Of a DNA stretch of 64,000 bases, positions 46,109-56,108 are shown in pieces. The translations under genes were made by a program, and so were the position numbers. The stretch covers positions 5,461 to 69,460 of the forward strand of contig DHON01000105.1 in assembly GCA_002409965.1 (NCBI GenBank), given 5' to 3'. The DNA is from Firmicutes bacterium UBA5389. GTDB taxonomy: Bacteria > Bacillota > DTU025. The notes under the pieces were generated by a model. That model was not told the origin of the DNA, did not search any database, and worked only from the letters and a program-made list of their open reading frames with translations. The first letter of the stretch is position 1. Each line of letters opens with the position of its first letter.

Positions 46109-47151
46109 TCCTCAAGCTCCTTCTGGACATATGCCAGTTTAAGCAGCATCTCAGCAAGTTCGTCCACTGACAACCGGCGGGTGTTATGCGAGTTGTAGTC
46201 AGACGCCACGGTGATCCTCTCATGCCCCGCTACGAAGTACTTATCATAGTTCAGGTCCCTGTTATCGGCCGGAATACGGAAATAGCCTCCGAGGTCCTCC
46301 GCTCTCGCCATCTCTTCACGGTTCACCAGGGTCTCATAGACCTTCTCGCCGTGCCGTGTGCCTATGATCTCAATTGTATTACGAGCATCGAATACCTTCT
46401 TAAGGGCCAATGCAAGCGCGTCTATTGTTGCGGCTGGTGCTTTCTGAACAAAGATATCTCCTGGCTCTCCATGCTGAAATGCATACACCACCAAATCTAC
46501 GGCATCATCTATCGACATCATGAATCGAGTCATTTCCGGATCGGTAACGGTGATTGGGGCACCCGCCTTAATCTGTGATATGAAAAGAGGTATCACGGAT
46601 CCACGCGATGCCATCACATTGCCGTAGCGAGTACCACAGAGTGCAGTTCCTCTGTGCACAACTGTTCTCGACTTCGCTACCATGAGTTTCTCCATCATGG
46701 CCTTGGAGATACCCATGGCGTTCACTGGATAGACAGCTTTGTCTGTGCTAAGGACTACTACTCGACTCACACCGGTTTCTACAGCAGCATTCATCACATT
46801 CTCGGCCCCGACCGCATTCGTCAGCAAAGCTTGCATTGGGTAGAACTCGCACGAAGGCACCTGCTTCAAAGCAGCAGCATGGAATACATAGTCAACCCCA
46901 GTCATCGCATCACGCAGACTCCCATAGTCCCGGACATCGCCAATATAAAAATCCAGCTTGGGGTTGGAGTATTCAAGGCGCATGTCGTGCTGCTTCTTCT
47001 CATCCCTGCTGAAAACCCGTATTTCCGCAATGCTGGTATCTAGGAATCTGCGTAGAACTGCATTCCCAAAGGTCCCGGTACCGCCGGTAATCAATAAAGT
47101 CTTTCCTGCGAACTTGTCGTTCAGCCCTCGTTCCACTCCCATACTCACCAT
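46096..47151 (-). CDS. UDP-GlcNAc 4,6-dehydratase/5-epimerase (FnlA/CapE/WbjB-type, Polysacc_synt_2)
   Basis: 'KTLLITGGTGTFGNAVLRRFL', 'IRVFSRDEKKQ', 'FYIGDVRDY', 'VFHAAALKQVPSCE'. Confidence 0.8.
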   Translation of the reverse strand: MVSMGVERGLNDKFAGKTLLITGGTGTFGNAVLRRFLDTSIAEIRVFSRDEKKQHDMRLEYSNPKLDFYIGDVRDYGSLRDAMTGVDYVFHAAALKQVPSCEFYPMQALLTNAVGAENVMNAAVETGVSRVVVLSTDKAVYPVNAMGISKAMMEKLMVAKSRTVVHRGTALCGTRYGNVMASRGSVIPLFISQIKAGAPITVTDPEMTRFMMSIDDAVDLVVYAFQHGEPGDIFVQKAPAATIDALALALKKVFDARNTIEIIGTRHGEKVYETLVNREEMARAEDLGGYFRIPADNRDLNYDKYFVAGHERITVASDYNSHNTRRLSVDELAEMLLKLAYVQKELEEWQH

Positions 47152-47771
47152 CCCCAGATAGGTATCACTCGAGATCCCATCAACACGAACATGGGTTGCT
47201 AACCAAGGCAGTCCTCAGATAGATCCCTGCCAACACCACCGCCAAAGCGCCTCGCCGACCAACTGAGCGCAGGCCCGTGTGAACCATCAGTTGCACACTT
47301 GGTCCAGTTCATCGGAGGATCTCACGTAGACCTCGGTCGACATTCCGGGCCACATTAGGCACTACATTGACCTATCTAATGCTCTGCTGAGTGCAGCTTT
47401 GAGCCCATATGTCATTGTGCTTAAGATAATAGTGCGGCTCACATCAAGCTTCACGCATGAAGAACATCCACTCTGTACCTCAAGACACTCTTGCTTAACA
47501 TGTGAACCAGAAACCCAAAGGACTGCCTCATATCCAGCCTCGCCCCAACACGCTTCGCTGACCACTGCCCTAATCAGCCGACTTCGATTAGCTGCGTCTG
47601 CGGAGACAACAGTGCCGTATTCTAGCATCCACTTCTGTTTGCGTTCAGTCCACCGATCGCTGCTTACTCGAATCAGTCGGGAGTACTCACGGATGTGAGT
47701 GCGGTAGCGTCCTGCACAATCCGTGCACAACCATACCAATAGTCATTGCGTACGGGCGATAAACGCAGCCC

Positions 47772-48971
47772 TTATCGATATAGCCTGGCTGCCAGTACTC
47801 TATAGTCCAGTACATCCGAAGCTATTCTGTAGAGCTCTCTGCGCTTATTCTCCAATGCATCAGCATCCCGCACTACATCCCTTAACAGCCTCTCTATGTC
47901 CTGCCTAGACTCAACATAGAACGCTTTATCCTCGAGTAGTGCCTTGTGACTCGGATATGGACATACTGCCACGGCGTTCCTGCAGCAAACCGCATTCTGC
48001 ATCGTAGCCGACTGTGTACCAGGCTGCAGGTACAAATCAGACGCGCACAAATGATCGAGAAGCTCGTCACCGCTCTTCCAGCCTAGGAATCTTATTCTAT
48101 CATCCGACGCCACCAGTCTCTCTGCCTTTGTGCGTATGTCTTCACTCAAGGAACCTATGAGAATAAGGCGGAGTCTATCGCTCGGGACTTTCGTGAATGC
48201 CTCCAGCACATCTTCTGTCCGCTTCTTTCTGTTCATCTTGCCGGTATGAGCGATTAGTATCTCTTCTTCCTTTAGGCCCAACTCCTGACGAATCTTGTTT
48301 CGCTTCGAGTTTCTACTCCTCTCTTCAAAGATAACGCCGCCTAGCGGAAAAAACTCCATCATGTGATTTGGGATGTTGTACATCATCTTTAGAAACTCAG
48401 CTGTTTCGTATGTTATGTAAAACACCTTATCAATGTGGGGTAATGCCCTTTGCACAAGGCTCCTGTAGAACATCTTGTGCAATACTTCCCTAGACAGTAC
48501 ATTCGTACCGGAGTTATGCCGATCTTCATGGCTCCTAACATAGAACCTAACTGCCGGGTTGTTTTGCTTATACCTACTCACTGTTAGGATCTCATAAGAA
48601 CACGGACTGTGCTGAAACACAATGTCAGGTCTTTGACTCTCGATAATCTCATACAAACCATCGACCGCTCTTATCTTTCCGGACACAAATTCACCCATGA
48701 TGTTTCTGTAGTTCTTCCTTATCAATCGAACACCATTGTCCAGCAACCGATTCTCTTCATTCGTCCTGGTAAGGACTCCGTTTGCGAACCTATGGCAATC
48801 TGCAACGATGGTCACTTCATTCCCATCGGCCCTTACCTGTTCGGCTAGCAGATTTTCCTGATAGGTCATGCCCTCCGTGAAGTTGGACGCCAACCCAATG
48901 AAAAGTACTCGCACGAACTCCCTCCTCACATAGTTGACATGAACGTGGCTGCCCCCATCCGTCCTGCACAC
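47772..48971 (-). CDS. Glycosyltransferase (GT4-like); start probably near 'VRVLFIGL'
   Basis: N-terminal 'RVLFIGLASNF'. The C-terminal region 'RFLGWKSGDELLDHLCASDLYLQPGTQ...' resembles the GT4 C-terminal domain. Confidence 0.6.
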   Translation of the reverse strand: MCRTDGGSHVHVNYVRREFVRVLFIGLASNFTEGMTYQENLLAEQVRADGNEVTIVADCHRFANGVLTRTNEENRLLDNGVRLIRKNYRNIMGEFVSGKIRAVDGLYEIIESQRPDIVFQHSPCSYEILTVSRYKQNNPAVRFYVRSHEDRHNSGTNVLSREVLHKMFYRSLVQRALPHIDKVFYITYETAEFLKMMYNIPNHMMEFFPLGGVIFEERSRNSKRNKIRQELGLKEEEILIAHTGKMNRKKRTEDVLEAFTKVPSDRLRLILIGSLSEDIRTKAERLVASDDRIRFLGWKSGDELLDHLCASDLYLQPGTQSATMQNAVCCRNAVAVCPYPSHKALLEDKAFYVESRQDIERLLRDVVRDADALENKRRELYRIASDVLDYRVLAARLYR

Positions 48972-49536
48972 TTGCGGATGCTGTCCGATACTGCGGTACT
49001 TGCGCTGCTAGTGATCCTAACATCCATATTGGGCACATAACTCGTATCCATCAGGCATCATCGCCTCTGTGTCACCTGCACTGAGCCGAGTCACCCGACA
49101 TGGCGACTTAGCATAGGCAGTAGGGAAGCCTCCCTACTGCCGCGAATAGCAAATGGGGTGGAGCCCACGCCAACTAGAATCTTCTCATCTGTGGTACGAT
49201 GACTCTGCCCAAAAGCGAGTTTTTCTTCAGGTAGAAAGCGCTTTCAGTGTCAATGCCATCTGGAGTGCGTGTGCTTGTCTTTCGATCAGAAACGATGCCC
49301 TGATACTGTGACACCGCCACTTCAGTGAACTAACAATCGTGACATAACGAAGACCATAGATGGGCAACGCATCCTCTGCGTCAACCATACTCCAGACACG
49401 ATTGGGAAGACTCCAGACCGCAGCCATGTCGTGAGTATCGTTCATCTCTGTATGCGGGTCAGAAACGCGCTTCACTGCACTGCCGCATTAGGAATCCACG
49501 TCAATCGTAGTAACTCCAAGAAGCGCCTGCCGCCAG

Positions 49537-50688
49537 TCATCTGAAATTCCGTTTCTCAGCACCCAAAAGCATCGCCAACTCTATGGCTTTCTTAATCATC
49601 CACGCACTGTTCCGGTAATCGCGATATGTCCTGTTTTCGTCCTTCATTAGGCCAATGAGCTCGCCGCTTGATATGCCAAGCTTGTTGGCGATATGCTCCA
49701 TGTCAGACAACGCTTCTTCTTTGTCATAGGGATCCCGCTTCAGAATACCCAGCGCCTCTTCTCTTGTCATCTGGCCTGTCAGTATCAGACTTGAAAAGTG
49801 TGGTCTTCTCTTGTCATATCCGAATTTCCTGATCAGCCAATAGCCCTCGTAAAACCTAGTGAAAATGTTCTCATAGTGTTTGTGGCCGTACGGAGTCCAT
49901 CCGAACTTGTCCTGTAGGGTAGAGATAGCAGCTTCTCTCGTGTATGGCACTAGGTCTAGCGGCTTGATCACCTTCATTCCCCTGAGGTAACGATAGTACA
50001 ATTGGTACTTGAACATGCTACAAACCGGCAAGGTCTTTAGGGGAATAGACCCGAATCTTCTATGAATGTCTCTGATCTGCACTAAGTCATTGATATAAGC
50101 CCACTCAATTGGTTCGCGCACACACTCGGTTGAGTAATTCGCCCCGGTCAATACGTACTTGATTCCGTGTTTCACCGAGTAGTTGTACAGAGCTGCGAAT
50201 ATCATATGATCTTGTACGTCTTGGTGGGGGACCTGGGATCTGAGATGTGCCAGTTGTAGATCCTTCATCTCGTCCCAATTGACAGTCTCAACATGCAAGT
50301 CCAGTTTGAGACTTCGTATCAGACCCTCCACATTCTCCCTGGCTATGCTTGTAGTCCATCCAGTGTCGACGAAGAAAGCTAACGGTCTTAACCTTAGTCT
50401 CTCCGTTGCATAGTAGAGGAGATATGAGCTATCCAGGCCACCACTCACTCCAATTATGCAATCGTGACTCTTGTATTCTCCATGCTGCTTTATTTTCTCC
50501 ACAATAGCGGCAAGCTCACGAGCACCTTGCTCATCAGGATACCAGCTGGGGAGTATGTTGTTGTAGTAGTTGATGCAATGATCGCAGAACCCTCTTTCAT
50601 CAAACTGAATCAGAGAGTCACTGGTATCCATTACGCAGTTCGCACAAACCCAATACTCTCTATCCTTCGAAATCGTCACATCTTCCAC
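49537..50688 (-). CDS. N-acetyl sugar amidotransferase (PP-loop ATP pyrophosphatase; WbpG/PseA-like)
   Basis: N-terminal Cys cluster 'CANCVMDTSD...FCDHC'; PP-loop 'CIIGVSGGLDSSYLLYY'. Confidence 0.8.
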   Translation of the reverse strand: MEDVTISKDREYWVCANCVMDTSDSLIQFDERGFCDHCINYYNNILPSWYPDEQGARELAAIVEKIKQHGEYKSHDCIIGVSGGLDSSYLLYYATERLRLRPLAFFVDTGWTTSIARENVEGLIRSLKLDLHVETVNWDEMKDLQLAHLRSQVPHQDVQDHMIFAALYNYSVKHGIKYVLTGANYSTECVREPIEWAYINDLVQIRDIHRRFGSIPLKTLPVCSMFKYQLYYRYLRGMKVIKPLDLVPYTREAAISTLQDKFGWTPYGHKHYENIFTRFYEGYWLIRKFGYDKRRPHFSSLILTGQMTREEALGILKRDPYDKEEALSDMEHIANKLGISSGELIGLMKDENRTYRDYRNSAWMIKKAIELAMLLGAEKRNFR

Positions 50689-51522
50689 CTCGTTCTGGAC
50701 AAGATCAAGCTACCCTTCGGCCCGCTAACCTGCAATAGGCCTTGGAGCCAAGCGTGGTTGACCTAGGTCTGTTTTCTCAGGTCGTGGGTTTTGATGTCAG
50801 TACCGTCCCTGATTGTGGTCGCATTTGCTCGTTGCAAAATGAACCGGTCGGCATTCGGCGTCTTGCTGCTGGTCTGGCAGACGCGCTGTGCGTCTGTTTC
50901 TATGCACTGATTTCTCGCTTATCAAGAAAGGTCACCTTCTTCTCACTGAAGTGACCGGCATCGGCTGAAGGCTCTCGGGGTTCATGGCTCAGGCTGAGTC
51001 CATTCTGCTTGACCGTGTCTGGCAGATGGGTTACATCCGCAGTCTTCTCGCTAGATCCGCTCATATCATGATCTGTGACTTGCTAACCACAATGGCCTAG
51101 ACGTTGTATGCCTGGATGAACGCCCTATCGGAGTTCGTGACTATGCGTGAACCGGAGCCGGTAAAGCTACGCAAGTCGTTGTCTTTCGATGTTCGGGTTT
51201 GCGGCCACGTGTCTTCCGCGGTGGGGTGAACGCCGTCTCCGAAAGCTGCCCAGCGTCAGCGGGCCGCACTGCTGCTTCATCAGTGCCCGCTTCTTCCAGC
51301 GCCATCATTGTTTCTTTGAGCCCGGCCAGTCGCTTATCGCGGACGAGAAGACCCTCGGGAAGCTCACACCCTCGACTATTGGACCCGAACTTGCGGCCTT
51401 CTGCCTGGTCAAGGCGCTCGTTGCTTCCAAAACGCTCTCGTATCTCTTTCTCGAGCCTGGCTCCAGGGCGACTCTCCTTTATCAGCTCATGGCCTTGTGC
51501 TTTGAGGCACTCTCATTGGTTT

Positions 51523-51822
51523 TCATGTCATCAAGCGCGACGTGCTTAAGAGATAGAAGTCCCGATTTCCAGTAGGCCGCCAGAACCAGCGCGAAAGCAG
51601 GCCTGCAACCTCATTCAGATGCCGGTTGCGAAACGCGGCTACGGTTCTGATCAATGGCGTGTTGCCCGCCCCGGGAACTCGAAACGCGACATCCTCCTCA
51701 AGGTGCTCTTCGATCTTCCTGGAGGAACGAACCTCAACGCATCCGACCGACAGCCAGTCCTCGAGGGATGCTGGCAAGAGGTGCATCTGATCTGGATTGT
51801 AAGCCCTGTATATCCTGCTCAT
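51523..51822 (-). mobile_element. Remnant of an IS1182/IS5-superfamily (DUF772-type) transposase N-terminus
   Basis: 'MSRIYRAYNPDQMHLLPASLEDWL' matches the YNPDQ..LLP.SL.DWLPE..H N-terminal motif of DUF772 transposases. The rest degenerates. It sits in a 1.2-kb ORF-poor gap. Confidence 0.4.
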
Positions 51823-51884
51823 GCGGACTCGCCATGTAGTCGCGCTCTTCTGTACCCCATTTCAAATATCGCTTACACCAGCTC

Positions 51885-52889
51885 CTAGCGCCCATCCTTA
51901 TCTGCAACCAAGCGCGCTATTGCCCGGTTGATCTTAGTTATCTCTGCAGTCGGCTTTGCAGGGTTTCCCGCCACAACAGCTCCTGGTTCTACGTCCTTGA
52001 TCACCACGGCACCAATGCCGACTATTGCCCCCTCGCCGATCTGCCTGCCTTCTGCGACTGATACATTGGGAGCAATCCAGACCCTCTTCCCCACCGTGAC
52101 TGATCCACTCAACTCAGCGCACGCTGTAATGATCGCTCCTTCGCCGATAGCACAATTGTGAGCGATATGAATCAGGAAGCCAGTCTTCACATTGTCCTCC
52201 AGTATGGTCGGATCAATGGTGCCAGCGCACACCGAATTGAGTGCCCCAATCTCGACGTTCCGTCCGATCCGCACCCCGCCCAGATGTGGTAGCCTTATTG
52301 GAGTCCCGTCTGCGTCGCGCTCAAACCCAAAGCCTTCTGATCCAATGACAGCATTCTCCCTGATGATCGTGTTGTCTCCCATCTCGCTGAAAGCCCGGAT
52401 GACTGCTCCCGCATGTACTCGAACATTCGAACCGATAACAACCGAATGATCGACGAAAGCACCGGGCTCTATGACGGTATCTTCTCCGATCACTGCATCG
52501 TCTGCAACAACGGCACCGTTTCTGTTAGTGTACTGGCACCGAACCAAAACGCTCTTCAGCGCGACAGTCATTACTTTGGCATATGAAAGCCTTGGGTTCG
52601 GAACCTGGGCGATTACGTTATGAACTCTTATTGCGTCGACCAAGTCGGTTGGAGTATCATCTGGAATCAGTATCAAACAATCGCTGGCCGATTTTACAGA
52701 CTCCATATTGTCTTCTGTTAGCTTCTTTACGAACAGAATAGAGTTCTTGTCAATGCTATTAAGGGATGAAGCCCTTGTAACCACCAGATCAGAGTCAGGG
52801 ATAGGTTCACCGCTAGCCTTGGCAATATCGCTGACTCGTAGTCGGAAGAGCTCTTTCATGTGTGCCATCCCCCCATCTGTGCTACACAT
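51885..52889 (-). CDS. Left-handed beta-helix (hexapeptide) acyltransferase, LpxD-like sugar N-acyltransferase
   Basis: Repeated [LIV]-G-x4 hexapeptides with the 'IGSEGFGFERD' and 'IAHNCAIG' motifs of LpxD-type enzymes. Confidence 0.7.
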   Translation of the reverse strand: MCSTDGGMAHMKELFRLRVSDIAKASGEPIPDSDLVVTRASSLNSIDKNSILFVKKLTEDNMESVKSASDCLILIPDDTPTDLVDAIRVHNVIAQVPNPRLSYAKVMTVALKSVLVRCQYTNRNGAVVADDAVIGEDTVIEPGAFVDHSVVIGSNVRVHAGAVIRAFSEMGDNTIIRENAVIGSEGFGFERDADGTPIRLPHLGGVRIGRNVEIGALNSVCAGTIDPTILEDNVKTGFLIHIAHNCAIGEGAIITACAELSGSVTVGKRVWIAPNVSVAEGRQIGEGAIVGIGAVVIKDVEPGAVVAGNPAKPTAEITKINRAIARLVADKDGR

Positions 52890-52920
52890 GACTTCTGTGC
52901 CATAGCGCGTGATGCTGGTT

Positions 52921-53616
52921 CTAGATGTTCAGTCTGATAGCCTGGAATCCCTCACCAAACTCCTTGTTGGCCTGCGCGCCCCTTACCCGCGCAAGACCGT
53001 ACATCAGTTCTCTGGAGAAGTACCGTCGGCCAAGAACCGTCTGGGAGTCATAGGCCTGTAGCATATTCCACTTGCATTCCATATGCCTCTCTTCAAGGCC
53101 CACAATAAGCTGCGGCCCAAAATCGAAGGTATTCCAGGGCAACTCATATCCAAGCAGGGATCTGTTCTTGAAAGCCCGCACTCCCTCCGCGTGGATAACC
53201 TGATGATCTTGGTGAATATCCTGGTTGCACGGCAAGAAGACGACATCAGGAGCAATGTCCTTTCGGAGAGCCACTAGTTCTTCCAGGATGCTTTGGCGGT
53301 GTTCGGCCAGCCGCCTTACAGGGTACTCCCTGACTAGTGCATTCTCGCTAGGAATGCCAAGCACTCGCATCGAATCGAGAAACTCATGCTTCAGCGTGTC
53401 TTTTGGAAGATCAGCAGGAAGCGAGTCTGACGCAATTGAGAAAACTGCGACAAACGCATCGTGTTTGCGCTCGACAAGCCGGGCAAGGGTTCCGCCACAG
53501 CCCAGCTCGGCATCATCCGTATGTGGCGCAAGAACTAACACTCTTGTCAAATCCGTCAATACCCTGACCTCTTTCTCATCTGGTACTCGCATCTGCGCCT
53601 CACAACCAGTTGTCAA
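52921..53616 (-). CDS. PIG-L/LmbE-family deacetylase (second copy)
   Basis: 'VLVLAPHTDDAELGCGGT'; 'NQDIHQDHQ'. Confidence 0.8.
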   Translation of the reverse strand: MTTGCEAQMRVPDEKEVRVLTDLTRVLVLAPHTDDAELGCGGTLARLVERKHDAFVAVFSIASDSLPADLPKDTLKHEFLDSMRVLGIPSENALVREYPVRRLAEHRQSILEELVALRKDIAPDVVFLPCNQDIHQDHQVIHAEGVRAFKNRSLLGYELPWNTFDFGPQLIVGLEERHMECKWNMLQAYDSQTVLGRRYFSRELMYGLARVRGAQANKEFGEGFQAIRLNI

Positions 53617-54859
53617 TAACCAAAACCCTCATCTGTGGAAGTTGGCCTTGCCGATGTCAACCTTGGCTTCACCAGGTATGTTATGCATCTGCATGCAGAG
53701 CTCATTTGCTTCGCCAGACAGCCCCCGAGACTCGCCCGCCACCTGGATCATCCCTCTTGGTATGGCCCCGCGGCATTCGTATCCTAGCCAAAGCAACCAC
53801 CTGCATACCTGCCGCTCCTGCTTAGCCAGAACCTGCTATATGTAAGCGACCGATAGTACAGATTTCCCGCACCGGGCTTGCCAAGATCTCCCGCAGCTAG
53901 CCAGACTCTCGGCCCTTGCGTTCTGCGCGATTCTGCTCAGTTCCGTTGACATCCTATCCCTGCCTCTGAGTTCAGAGGATGTTCCCCTGCGCAAACTGAT
54001 CTTGCCTCGCCGCTTCCCCATGCGGCCGGCTTTCCCGACCTCCGAGTACTATCAGCGAGTCCGACTCCCGCCGCGGCGTCCGCCTTCCTGTGGTTCCTCC
54101 CTTTCAGTCGGCGTACTCTGCTCCCGCAAAGACCGTGGCGGGCCTCCCAGGTTCCTCGACGCTTCCGTTTCCGACCATGCCGTGCTCTCCGACCCCGCCG
54201 GGGTCTCCGACAACCTTGCCATATCGGTTGCCTACTGTAGCCTTCCAGGCTTATGACCCTGTCGGCCCCCGGTTTAGGAGCTCACGAGGCTCAATCGCTT
54301 CACTTACGTTACAGCCTGGTCGTCGCTCTGCCTACGCTTAACCCGCACCGTTACCGCTGCAAGTCCAAGGCTCGATCTCCGGTGGATGGCTAGTCCTTGC
54401 CGGAGCGGGAATCTCACCCGCTGGAAACATCAGGCCTATCCTGGCGCACCATAATCGGGTGTATGGGTGTACAGGACGCGTGGGGGTAAAGTCAACTCAA
54501 CATATATGCCCATTTCGGCTGACTAGAGGCGGCACAGCCTAGCATGATATCCCAGGTGCCAATCATGAATCCCCATCATCAACCGCCGCAGCCATCGGAC
54601 CCTTCTGCCTTTCGCTTCCATCCAGCTATACGTCGTGTTATGCATTAACCAATGTCCAGATTCTCGACATGTCGGGGGAAATTCGTCGATTATATCGGCA
54701 CATCCCAACAAAAGACCAGGCAAGATCGACTACCAGCAAGGGGAATCTACCACGCGAGGTGTTCACTGCCAGGCTGCTTGCCCATAGATCTCAAAAGTCC
54801 ATCTGTTCTTTGATGTCTTGATGGAAGTTCTCGCTTAGTCGCAGAATCCTCGTAGCCTC

Positions 54860-56023
54860 TCATCCGATTTGCAGATTCTCCTGCAAGGCGCTCAGCGTCG
54901 CATTCTGATACCTGATCAGCGTCTCCGTTGAGCAGCTATAAGGAACTCGCGAATTCGATAACAGTTGGGCCTCTACTGCTTGCCTGCTATTCGTGTCGCA
55001 GACCGCGCCCCCCCCGAACTCCTCAAGCCATGAACGAGTGCCAGGAAGATCCGTACCTAGCCACGGAGTCCTCGCAATCATCGAATCCACAAGCTTTGTA
55101 GGAGCGCACAATCTCTGATTTACCCCTGAACCCCCATACAAGACTAAACTGCGACCATATTGGCGTAGTTCCCTAATCAGTTTCACCCTACCCGTCACAT
55201 ACTCCTTAGTGGATACACAGCAAGCCAAATCAAGAGCCTCAACGAGCGAACATAGTACTGAATCAAAATGAGCACGGCTATTGGTGTATATGGACAACGA
55301 TACATCGGTTCCAGCATCGCGCATACCCTTCATTGCATATAGGAACGGCCTGAGATCTTGACTAACACCAAGTGCGCCAGTGTACACGTAGTCATTAGGG
55401 CTACGCCACTGTCTGTCATACTCATTAGTGTCGATTAGCATGTTGAGCTCCGAGATTGACGGTGCATTTAGCCAAACTATCGGCCTAATAAAGGGATAGA
55501 GTCGGACATAGTATTGCGCACGAAGTCTAGATGGCACCACCCATATGTCCACATAACTAGCAAGTCTGCGTTCCACGCCACGCATGTAACCGCCTAGTAA
55601 AGCTCCTTGACCACTCCCGTAATATATCTCCAGCGCATGATAGACTACGGGTACTCTCCCGAGCCATCTACGACCGATGGCGGCCAGTCCATCAAGGTTG
55701 ATTGCATAGATGCATTCAGGCCCTAACTTATCCAACACGAATGGAAGTTTGGTTGCCGCACTGGCAAACCTTATCGTATGGGCAGGCAGCCAGTGCATTT
55801 GTGGGGCACCGATAGGAATCAGCGTCACATCGGCTCCACATGCGCGGCAGCCGCGGCACGCGCCCTCATGACCAGGCCGCGTTCTGCCCACTAGATGCAC
55901 ATCATACATGGATGACAAGTCCAGCAGAATTGACCTTAGCTGCGGATTGCACCTATTCGGGGCAGTTATTGCCGACGAAAGATAGACAACAGCACATGAT
56001 TCCTTCACTAAGCTCAACTCCAA
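54860..56023 (-). CDS. Putative glycosyltransferase (GT1/GT4-like C-terminal region)
   Basis: 'LVLYGGSGVNQRLCAPTKLVDSMIARTPWLGTDLPGTRSWLEEFGGG' resembles the GT-B C-terminal nucleotide-sugar-binding region. Weak. Confidence 0.4.
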   Translation of the reverse strand: MELSLVKESCAVVYLSSAITAPNRCNPQLRSILLDLSSMYDVHLVGRTRPGHEGACRGCRACGADVTLIPIGAPQMHWLPAHTIRFASAATKLPFVLDKLGPECIYAINLDGLAAIGRRWLGRVPVVYHALEIYYGSGQGALLGGYMRGVERRLASYVDIWVVPSRLRAQYYVRLYPFIRPIVWLNAPSISELNMLIDTNEYDRQWRSPNDYVYTGALGVSQDLRPFLYAMKGMRDAGTDVSLSIYTNSRAHFDSVLCSLVEALDLACCVSTKEYVTGRVKLIRELRQYGRSLVLYGGSGVNQRLCAPTKLVDSMIARTPWLGTDLPGTRSWLEEFGGGAVCDTNSRQAVEAQLLSNSRVPYSCSTETLIRYQNATLSALQENLQIG

Positions 56024-56108
56024 TGCTCCTATCCGGGCGCATAGTCACTGATCAGACAAGAATTCTCAGGTTCCAGATCGAACCAAACAGCGCCATGCCA
56101 TTCCAGTG

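Noticed and set aside
54300-54500. Possible RNase P RNA, tmRNA or group II intron domain in the 53.6-54.9 kb gap
   Set aside because: I could not find the conserved RNase P CR-I/CR-IV/CR-V strings, a tmRNA tag-peptide reading frame with a CCA end, or a domain V consensus on either strand. I keep it only as an unexplained gap under findings.
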